This document shows, in pieces, positions 7,907 to 14,882 of a stretch of DNA of 27,040 bases (position 1 is its first letter; every line of letters starts with the position of its first letter). The notes beneath the pieces were generated by a model, which was not told where the DNA came from, did not search any database, and saw nothing but the letters and a program-made list of their open reading frames with translations. The stretch covers positions 1-27,040 of the forward strand of contig JBFJTV010000001.1 in the NCBI GenBank assembly GCA_041625075.1, written 5' to 3'. This DNA is from Candidatus Polarisedimenticolaceae bacterium. GTDB lineage: Bacteria; Acidobacteriota; Polarisedimenticolia; Polarisedimenticolales; Polarisedimenticolaceae. The position numbers and the translations under genes were made by a program.

Positions 7907-8380
7907 ATGGAAAACGAAAGCTACTCACACGAGCGGGCCAAGCTGCAGCAGCAGCACCTCCAGGGAGCGTCCTGGTTCTTCTGGATCGCGGCGTTGTCGA
8001 TGGTCAATTCCATCATCATCCTGACCGGCAACGAGTGGAGCTTTATCGTCGGGCTGGGAATCACGCAGGTGATCGACGCCGTCGCGGTGGCGGTGGCCCC
8101 GGATGCGGGGAGCGCGGCGACCTTTGTCGCGTTGTTCCTGGACGTCCTGGTCGCTGCGTTCTTCGTCCTGCTCGGAGTATTCGCCCGGCGCGGCATTCAG
8201 GTCGTCTACGTGATGGGAATGGTCCTCTACGCGCTGGACGGTGCGATCTTCCTGCTCGTCGCGGACTGGCTGAGCGTCGGCTTCCACGCGTTCGCGCTGT
8301 TCTGCATCTTCGGCGGGTTCAAGGCCTGCCGGACGCTGGCCGCGATGGAGCAGCAGCAACCTGCCGCGTCGGTGGCCTGA
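7907..8380 (+). CDS. Hypothetical integral membrane protein, 157 aa, about 4 TM segments
   Basis: ATG 7907 behind GGAGAGGA; hydrophobic segments GASWFFWIAALSMVNSIIIL, FVALFLDVLVAAFFVLLGVFA, VVYVMGMVLYALDGAIFLLV, SVGFHAFALFCIFGG. Confidence 0.85.
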   Translation: MENESYSHERAKLQQQHLQGASWFFWIAALSMVNSIIILTGNEWSFIVGLGITQVIDAVAVAVAPDAGSAATFVALFLDVLVAAFFVLLGVFARRGIQVVYVMGMVLYALDGAIFLLVADWLSVGFHAFALFCIFGGFKACRTLAAMEQQQPAASVA

Positions 8381-8567
8381 GCGGGGGTTGGATCGACTCA
8401 GGGCGAATCGGGTCGTCCGTGGTCCCCGCGGATTAGCCGCTCCGTCCGCGAAACGTGCTGGAGTTGATGGGCCGTTAACCCTTGTCTCGATCTTCGCGTC
8501 CTGCCCGGGGAGTCAAGCCCCACGCGGCCGCCCGAATCACCCCTGTGCGTGCGCCTGCTCGCGCTCG

Positions 8568-8595
8568 AAAAAAGTCCCGGCGCGATGGCCGGGAC
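8568..8595 (-). terminator. Rho-independent terminator of 8656..9213
   Basis: Minus strand gtcccggc-catcgc-gccgggac followed by TTTTTT; 8-bp GC-rich stem 60 bp after the stop. Confidence 0.8.
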
Positions 8596-8655
8596 ATCCA
8601 TCAACTGCGAGAAGCAGCGCTTGCTAGGGGACCTGAGACTTGATCCGTTTCTGTC

Positions 8656-9213
8656 TCACCATGGGCTCGACGGCACGTTGACTTCCAGGCGCTTTCCCTC
8701 GAGTGGAACCGTGAACGGAAGCGCGGTACAGACACCAGGGTCGTTCGGGTCGGCGTACAGGGCGTCCAGCACCGACCTGCAGTCATACGTGACGTTGGGA
8801 TCAATGAAAGGCGGGGGAGGGCCGCCGTCACAGGGGCAAAACTCGATTCTGAACGCTCCCGTGAACTCCGCGAACCTGTTGTCGTATTCCTGAACGGCCG
8901 TCGTTCGCGAGATGAAGGTCAGCCCCTGGGCGTTGAAGTTGAAGTGCAGCAGCCGCCAGGTAATCTCGCGAGAGCCGGTCTTTTCCCAGGTCAGGTGATG
9001 GAGGCTGGTCGTCGGAGTCGTGGTCGATGTCTGCGCGGTCCCGTCCGCGTTGTAGGTCTGGATGAAGGGTGTCTCACCGGGCGGTGCACCGAAGAAGCCG
9101 AACCACACGCCGGCGACCTTGCTGCCGAACCCCTGGTCATCGTCCGCCAGAGTCACGGGCGCCACGACACCAAGGACGGCAAACGCCAGCAATACGAACA
9201 GTGTTCTTCGCAT
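8656..9213 (-). CDS. Hypothetical secreted protein, 185 aa, possibly a lipocalin-like beta-barrel
   Basis: RBS GGAGGAG; signal MRRTLFVLLAFAVLGVVAPVTLA; early VAGVW (GxW) motif; beta-strand-like pattern; four Cys; own terminator. Confidence 0.8.
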   Translation of the reverse strand: MRRTLFVLLAFAVLGVVAPVTLADDDQGFGSKVAGVWFGFFGAPPGETPFIQTYNADGTAQTSTTTPTTSLHHLTWEKTGSREITWRLLHFNFNAQGLTFISRTTAVQEYDNRFAEFTGAFRIEFCPCDGGPPPPFIDPNVTYDCRSVLDALYADPNDPGVCTALPFTVPLEGKRLEVNVPSSPW

Positions 9214-9339
9214 CGTCTCTCCTCCTTTTGAAGAACAGACTCAGACAGCGCTGCTGCGATCCCCCGTAGCGGCAAAAGGCTCGAGACAAGACAATCTGCA
9301 GCGGCAACCCACCGCTTGCGTGGCGAAAGCCGAGACGTT

Positions 9340-9771
9340 CTAGTCCGGATACTCGAACATCACCGAAACAGGAATATCCTTCAGCAAGCTGTGCTTGATC
9401 GGACACGCGTCCGCAGCTCTTTCGACCCTGAACCGGTCCATCGGGTCGAGTTGCCGCGGCAACGTGACCGTGACATCGACCTGTCCGAAACGCGCCGGTA
9501 TCAGATCAGCCATCGTGATCTTGACATCGACGTACGTGCCCATCATGTCGATGTCGTTGCGCGCCGCCAGCGCACCCATCGCCATGAGGATGCAGCCGCC
9601 GAGCGCCGCCTCGACGAGATTCGTCGGAGACAGCTCCACACCCCTGCCGGTGTAGGGGCAGTCCATGGCGATGGCCTTTCCCGCCGACGCCTTTGATGCG
9701 GTACAGTGTTGAGCCGCGTCGTAGATGACTTCAATCTCTCCGGTGCTTCGAGCATCCGTCGCCTGTTCCAT
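9340..9771 (-). CDS. OsmC/Ohr family protein, 143 aa
   Basis: RBS AAAGGAG; LSPTNLVEAALGGCILMAM and ADACPIKHSL carry the two family cysteines. Confidence 0.9.
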   Translation of the reverse strand: MEQATDARSTGEIEVIYDAAQHCTASKASAGKAIAMDCPYTGRGVELSPTNLVEAALGGCILMAMGALAARNDIDMMGTYVDVKITMADLIPARFGQVDVTVTLPRQLDPMDRFRVERAADACPIKHSLLKDIPVSVMFEYPD

Positions 9772-9935
9772 GGCCGATCTCCTTTCTCCGGGTCAGCGGT
9801 CTAATTGATCCTTACCGGAAGCCGCTGCGCAGGACAAGGAAATGTCGACCGACAAAAGGGATGAGAATTGGTCCTATCTCGGATCAGGGGCAGGCAATCA
9901 CGGTACGCGGGACGCTCCCGGAATCCGTACCGGCG

Positions 9936-10076
9936 TCAAAGCCGCAGGCGTTGCGGGTAGACCCTACCCCCGTCATCTTGCGACGAGTGCTGCCGGTACG
10001 TTCCGTCGCCGTTGCCGAGCAGAATCGAGCTGCTATCGGAGATCTTGTTGGCCGTGGCGAGGTCGATCAGTCCGTG
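9936..10076 (-). pseudogene. Isolated FG-GAP/VCBS repeat remnant
   Basis: HGLIDLATANKISDSSSILLGNGDGTY (core 9996..10064) matches the DLAxAN...S..SILLGNGDGTF repeat; no start or signal upstream (the frame runs into antisense of the next gene); degenerates to a stop at 9936. Confidence 0.7.
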
Positions 10077-10097
10077 GGGATTTTGGTTCGGCGGCGG

Positions 10098-10106
10098 TGT
10101 TACACT
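10098..10106 (+). promoter_or_regulatory. Candidate extended -10 promoter of the Fkb-like operon
   Basis: TG-T-TACACT about 30 nt upstream of ATG 10138; no good -35. Confidence 0.35.
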
Positions 10107-10137
10107 CTGTTGTCGTGCGGCAGCGCAGCGAGGCGCG

Positions 10138-11010
10138 ATGCGTGTCCAAAGGGTCGGAGTCGTCGGGGCCGGTGTCATCGGGACGGGGGTCGCACAGGAC
10201 CTCGCCCAGACCGGGCACGATGTCGTCTTGATCGATGTCTCCGACGAGATCCTCGAGCACGCGCGTGCCGAGCTGACCCGCAACATCCGATTCCACCACC
10301 TCGTTGCTCCCGGAAGGGAGCGTCTGAACGTCACCGATGTGTTGGGCCACATCGTCTTCACCACCGACTACGACCGGCTCGGCGATAGCGAATTCGTCGT
10401 CGAGAACGCGACCGAGGATCGCGACGTCAAGAAGGAGGTCTTCGAGCGACTCGACCGCGTCTGTCCCGCCGAGTGCATCCTCGCGACCAACACCTCCGCG
10501 ATTCCCGTCACGCAGCTTGCCTCGTTCACCGGGCGCCCGGCGCGCGTCCTCGGCATCCATTTCATGAGCCCGGTGCCTCTCAAACCGGTCGTCGAGGTCA
10601 TCCGCGGACCAGAAACTGCCGAGGAAACGATCGAAACGGCCAACGCTCTCCTTGCCCAGATGAACAAGGAGGCAATCGTCGTCAACGACTCCCCGGGGTT
10701 CGTCTCGAACCGCGTTCTGATGCTCACGATCAACGAGGCAGTACAAGTTCTGCAGGAAGAAGTCGCGGAGGTTCGCGCCATCGACGACATCTTCAAGAAG
10801 TGCTTCGGCCACCAGATGGGGCCGCTCGAGACCGGCGACCTGATCGGTCTGGACACCATCCAGCGGACGCTCGAAGTGTTGCACGCCGCGCTCGGCGACG
10901 ACCGCTTCAGGCCGGCCGCCCTGCTGAGGAAAATGGTGGACGACGGCCGGCTGGGCAGAAAGAGCGGGCGAGGCTTTTACGATTACGGGGGCTCCGGTGG
11001 GAACGGGTGA
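10138..11010 (+). CDS. 3-hydroxyacyl-CoA/ACP dehydrogenase, FkbK/ZmaG-like, 290 aa
   Basis: MRVQRVGVVGAGVIG Rossmann motif, VVENATE, ATNTSAIP, GIHFMSP, DSPGFVSNR, GHQMGPLETGDLIGLD; single-domain length; adjacent to ACP and FkbH. Confidence 0.92.
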   Translation: MRVQRVGVVGAGVIGTGVAQDLAQTGHDVVLIDVSDEILEHARAELTRNIRFHHLVAPGRERLNVTDVLGHIVFTTDYDRLGDSEFVVENATEDRDVKKEVFERLDRVCPAECILATNTSAIPVTQLASFTGRPARVLGIHFMSPVPLKPVVEVIRGPETAEETIETANALLAQMNKEAIVVNDSPGFVSNRVLMLTINEAVQVLQEEVAEVRAIDDIFKKCFGHQMGPLETGDLIGLDTIQRTLEVLHAALGDDRFRPAALLRKMVDDGRLGRKSGRGFYDYGGSGGNG

Positions 11011-11242
11011 CCCGAGAGCCCAGGTGCGGGATTTTCTCGGCCGCTCCCTCGGTAACTCGAAGCTGCTCGACGACGACGACATCTTCAAGGTTGGCGGGGC
11101 GACGTCGCTGTTCGCGATGGAGCTGGTCTTGTTCATCGAGAAGCAGTTCGGCATTGCCCTCGAAGACGACGATCTCGAGCGTGCCAACTTCGCCACCGTA
11201 GACGCTCTGACGGCGCTGGTCGATCGCAAGCTCACACCATAG
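10997..11242 (+). CDS. Acyl carrier protein, FkbJ/ZmaD-like, 81 aa
   Basis: DDDDIFKVGGATSLFAMELVLFIEKQFGI..DDLERANFATVDAL; SLFAMxLV is the typical Ppant-serine context of Fkb-cassette ACPs. Confidence 0.92.
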   Translation: MGTGDPRAQVRDFLGRSLGNSKLLDDDDIFKVGGATSLFAMELVLFIEKQFGIALEDDDLERANFATVDALTALVDRKLTP

Positions 11243-11254
11243 GACGGGTCCGCC

Positions 11255-12421
11255 ATGAGGATCGAGCTGAACGCCCGGCACAAGAAGCTTCAGGCCCGGT
11301 TCTGCGAGTTCGCTGCCGAGCACGTCGCCCCACGCGCCGAAGAGATCGACAGGCAGCAGGAATTACCTCGCGAGCTCGCCGACACCATCGCCCGCGCGGG
11401 CTACCTCGGCTCGCACCTCCCACGCGAGCACGGCGGGCGCGGGCTCGACATGGTCGGCTACGGCCTCCTCCACGAGGAGATCGGCAAGGCCTGCTCCAAC
11501 ACGTGTGCGCTCCTGACCGTCCACGACATGGTGGCCGAGGTGGTCTTCAAACTCGGCGGTGGCGCACTCCGCGAAATTTGCCTTCCGAAACTGACTGCCG
11601 GTACTTGCCTCGGGGCCTTCGCGCTCACCGAGCCCGAGGCCGGGTCCGACGCGGGCTCGATCAAGACCACAGCCATCGAGACAGCCGACGGCTACGTCCT
11701 CAACGGCCGCAAGAAGTGGATCAGCTTCGGGCAGCTCGCGGACCTGTTCCTGGTTGTCGCCCGGGCCGGTGAAGACGGACCGCCCATCGGCTTCCTGGTC
11801 GGGCGTGACACACCCGGGCTGACCGTCACCCCGATAAAGGGCATGCTGGGGCTTCGGGGTTCGATGCTCGCGGAGCTGCAATTCGACAACTGCGAGGTTT
11901 CCGCCGACTGTCGCTTGGGCTCGGTCCGGATGCCGGCAGGTCTCCTGATCGCTACGGCACTGCACCTCGGCCGCTACGGCGTGGCGTGGGCCTGTGTTGC
12001 CATCGGCGAGGCGTGCGTGCGCGAGTCGTTCCGGTATGCGGGCGAGCGCTTCCAATTCGGAAAACCGCTCGAACAGCACCAGTTGGTTCGACGCATGCTC
12101 ACGGATATGCTCACGGATGTCCGCGCGGCCCGGCTGCTGTGCTTCCAGGCGGGCTACCTTCGAGACGCCGACGACACCCGTGCCGTCCAGGCGACGCTGG
12201 TCGCGAAGTACTTTGCCTCGCGCATGGCGAACCGTGTGGCGAGTGATGCGGTGCAGATCCACGGTGCCCTCGGCGTGAGCGGCCAAAAGCCGGTCGAGCG
12301 TCACTTCCGCGACGCCCGGATCATGGAGATCATCGAGGGCAGCACCGAGATCCAGCAGCTAACCATCGCGAAGTACGGTCTGGTGGAGTATCGCGGGTCC
12401 GAGCCGGAAGAGCGGCCGTGA
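11255..12421 (+). CDS. Acyl-ACP/CoA dehydrogenase, FkbI/ZmaE-like, 388 aa
   Basis: GAFALTEPEAGSDA, LNGRKKWISFG, AVQIHGALG, IIEGSTEIQ (catalytic Glu); sits between the ACP and FkbH genes. Confidence 0.93.
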   Translation: MRIELNARHKKLQARFCEFAAEHVAPRAEEIDRQQELPRELADTIARAGYLGSHLPREHGGRGLDMVGYGLLHEEIGKACSNTCALLTVHDMVAEVVFKLGGGALREICLPKLTAGTCLGAFALTEPEAGSDAGSIKTTAIETADGYVLNGRKKWISFGQLADLFLVVARAGEDGPPIGFLVGRDTPGLTVTPIKGMLGLRGSMLAELQFDNCEVSADCRLGSVRMPAGLLIATALHLGRYGVAWACVAIGEACVRESFRYAGERFQFGKPLEQHQLVRRMLTDMLTDVRAARLLCFQAGYLRDADDTRAVQATLVAKYFASRMANRVASDAVQIHGALGVSGQKPVERHFRDARIMEIIEGSTEIQQLTIAKYGLVEYRGSEPEERP

Positions 12422-13470
12422 AGATGAAGAAAGAGAAAGAGATCAAGTGTCTCGTCTGGGATCTCGACAACACGCTATGGGACGGGATCCTCGTCGAGGG
12501 TGACGACGTTCGCCTGCGCGACGGAGTGATCGATGTCATTCGCAAGCTCGACGATCGGGGCATCCTGCATTCCATCGCCAGCCGGAACGAGCCCGATGTC
12601 GTCATGGGCAAACTCGAGGAGTTCGGGATCGGCGACTACTTCCTGCACCCGCAGATCTCTTGGGGACCCAAATCCGAAGCGGTTCAGGCCGTCATCGAGG
12701 CCCTCGACATTGCCGGGAATACCATCGCGTTCATCGACGACGACCCGTTCGAGCGCGACGAGGTTGCGACGGTCATCCCCGAGGTGATGTGTATTGACGC
12801 CGCCGATCTGGCCAGAGTCCCCGGGATGCGACGGTTCAGTCCGAAGCGCACCACGGATGATTCGCGCAGACGGCGGTCGATGTACCAGGCCGAGATCGAG
12901 CGCAAGAAGGTCGAGTCGGTCATCCCGCCCGACGAGTTCCTGAAGTACCTCGGCATGGTGTTCACGATCACCGAGGCCGGGGAAGGCGACCTCGACCGCA
13001 TCGACGAGCTGACCGCTCGCACCAGCCAGCTAAACTCCACCGGGTATACCTACTCGTACGATGAGCTCGACGCCTTCCGGCGCTCGGACCGCCACAAGAT
13101 GCTGGTCGCGAGCCTCGACGACCGCTATGGCACCTACGGCAGGATCGGCGTCGCCCTGCTCGAGACCGACAGCAAGCCCTGGAAGCTCAAGCTGCTGCTG
13201 ATGAGCTGCCGGGTCATGGCTCGCGGCGTCGGGATGGTCATGTTGAGCCACATCCTGAAGCTCGCGAGCGCGGCGGGGACACCGGTCTGTGCGGAGTTCA
13301 TTCGCACCGACCGCAATCGGATGATGTACCTGACCTTCAAGATGTCGGGGTTCAAGGAAATCGACCGTCGCAACAACGTCGCGTTGCTCGAGCACGACCT
13401 CGAGACCATCGACCCGTTTCCCAACCACGTCGAGGTCAAGATCGTCGAGTCCGCGAGGGCCGACCGATGA
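12418..13470 (+). CDS. fkbH: FkbH-family HAD-IIIC glyceryl-ACP-forming enzyme, ~350 aa
   Basis: KCLVWDLDNTLWDG (DxDxT), SIASRN, ISWGPKS, AFIDDDPFER, RTSQLN, DRYGTYGRIG, LLMSCRVMARG; GTG overlaps the upstream stop (alternative ATG at 12424). Confidence 0.95.
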   Translation: MKMKKEKEIKCLVWDLDNTLWDGILVEGDDVRLRDGVIDVIRKLDDRGILHSIASRNEPDVVMGKLEEFGIGDYFLHPQISWGPKSEAVQAVIEALDIAGNTIAFIDDDPFERDEVATVIPEVMCIDAADLARVPGMRRFSPKRTTDDSRRRRSMYQAEIERKKVESVIPPDEFLKYLGMVFTITEAGEGDLDRIDELTARTSQLNSTGYTYSYDELDAFRRSDRHKMLVASLDDRYGTYGRIGVALLETDSKPWKLKLLLMSCRVMARGVGMVMLSHILKLASAAGTPVCAEFIRTDRNRMMYLTFKMSGFKEIDRRNNVALLEHDLETIDPFPNHVEVKIVESARADR

Positions 13471-14648
13471 GCGGCTACGCCGTCGAGCGTTACCGACCCG
13501 GGCTTCTCGACGAGGTGTCCCGTCTCGAGGCTCCGTTCTGGGGGGCGTCCCGCGAACGTGCCCGGGCGTTCTTCGAGTGGAAGTACGTCAAGAACCCGTA
13601 CACCCCGGAGCCGTTGTTCTACGTCGCGCTTTACGAGGGCAGGATCGTGGGGGCGAGGGGGATGTTCGCGACGTGTTGGGACAGCAGTCACGCGGCGGGG
13701 AAGCGTTATATCTTTCCGGCCGCGTCCGATTTCATGATTGCGCCCGAACATCGCGACAGCGGGTTGTACCGAGAGCTCAACGAGTACCCGATCGCGGATC
13801 TTGCAGAGCGTGGATACACGCACGCTCTGAATCTCAGCCCCACGCCTGCCAATTATGTCGCGCTCGTGATGAGCTTCGGCTGGAAGTCGATCGGAGCGGC
13901 GGGGTTGGTGGCGCGAAAGGAACACGTGGGTGCGGCCGTGACCGCGTTGAGGTCGGTCGCGTCGAAGGTGCCGGGGCTGAGGTGGGCGATGAAGACGGAG
14001 CGCGCGGTGCTGGCGGATCTCGGTAGGGATGCGTTCACCGAGCTGGACAGAACTGCGCGTCTCGACGGTCCCGGGGAGGCATCGGCACTGCCGATCGCCG
14101 TGGAGACGGAACCCCGTGCTGAGGCGATGGTGGCCCTGGCACGCCGCCTCGATGCCGAAGGCGACCCACGGTTGCGCCATGTTCGCGACCCGGAGTACTT
14201 CACCTGGAGGTTCGACAACCCGCTGGCGAGTTACCGGTTCGTTTACTGGGAGAAGGAAGTTGGCAAGGTTGGCGGCGAGATCGATGGCTGGCTGACCCTC
14301 CAGGAACCCCGCGGCCAGACCGACGTGAACATCGTGGACTGGCAGGGAATCAGCTCCGAGATCCGGGCCAAGCTACTCGAGGTCGCGCTCGGCTGGGGTG
14401 AGTTCCGAAATATCTCGACGTGGCGCGCGACGCTTCCCGAGTATGACGCGGCGCGGCTGACCGAGGCCGGCTTCGAGGCGGAGGCGGAGAAAGCTCACGG
14501 GGGCGGGGCCTCCGCCGAGCGTTCGGGCCGGCTTCTGATCAAGCCGCTAGGTTCACCGGTCCGCGACACCGGTTGCGTGGTTGATGGGCGCAGCCTGGAC
14601 GAGCTCGACAGCTGGGACCTCCGCATGATCTGGGGTGACAGGTACTGA
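13467..14648 (+). CDS. GNAT-family acyltransferase, 393 aa, probably tandem GNAT folds
   Basis: FFEWKYVKNP, VALYEGRIVG, ASDFMIAPEHRDSGLY (motif A-like); second half RHVRDPEYFTWRFDNP; ATGA overlap with the fkbH stop. Confidence 0.85.
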   Translation: MSGYAVERYRPGLLDEVSRLEAPFWGASRERARAFFEWKYVKNPYTPEPLFYVALYEGRIVGARGMFATCWDSSHAAGKRYIFPAASDFMIAPEHRDSGLYRELNEYPIADLAERGYTHALNLSPTPANYVALVMSFGWKSIGAAGLVARKEHVGAAVTALRSVASKVPGLRWAMKTERAVLADLGRDAFTELDRTARLDGPGEASALPIAVETEPRAEAMVALARRLDAEGDPRLRHVRDPEYFTWRFDNPLASYRFVYWEKEVGKVGGEIDGWLTLQEPRGQTDVNIVDWQGISSEIRAKLLEVALGWGEFRNISTWRATLPEYDAARLTEAGFEAEAEKAHGGGASAERSGRLLIKPLGSPVRDTGCVVDGRSLDELDSWDLRMIWGDRY

Positions 14649-14882
14649 CCCTCCCGAAATTGTGTTGGGGACGCCCTCCCCCGCTCGCTTGGCTCCCTGT
14701 CTTCGCGTGTCCCGTCGAGATCTGGCCGGGAACGGGAACCGATCGCCGGTTGCGGTGTCCATCGGATCAAGCCGGTCCGCAACGCCCGTGTGGCAGCGCG
14801 CGGTCGGCCCGACATTGTCCCGCCGATCGCCAAGGACGATGTTCTACGCGTGTCCCGCAACGGCGCACGGGGAGACTCGGCC

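Noticed and set aside
7602-7928. Minus ORF containing IENLPAGDYQI, reminiscent of Cna-B/carboxypeptidase-regulatory domains
   Set aside because: Only about 11 residues match, the flanks are not protein-like, and it overlaps a better-supported gene start and regulatory motifs. A tiny remnant cannot be fully excluded.
8462-8606. 9-bp inverted repeat agttgatgg / ccatcaact
   Set aside because: Length is within chance expectation, it does not extend, and there is no target duplication or transposase.
9214-9339. Possible c-di-GMP riboswitch upstream of 9213
   Set aside because: GGCAAA-like words are present, but the paired elements and GNRA/receptor pattern could not be assembled.
10033-12304. 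416-aa and 313-aa minus-strand ORFs
   Set aside because: Antisense shadows of the Fkb-like genes.
10138-12421. Reading the dehydrogenase pair as a second fatty-acid beta-oxidation operon
   Set aside because: The intervening ACP, adjacent FkbH and lack of thiolase or hydratase indicate ACP-linked extender synthesis; the true beta-oxidation genes are at 23315..27040.
14790-14882. ORF-track upstream starts here and at 4904, 7862, 10012 and 23270
   Set aside because: Downstream ATGs have better RBSs and give clean signal peptides or family N-termini.
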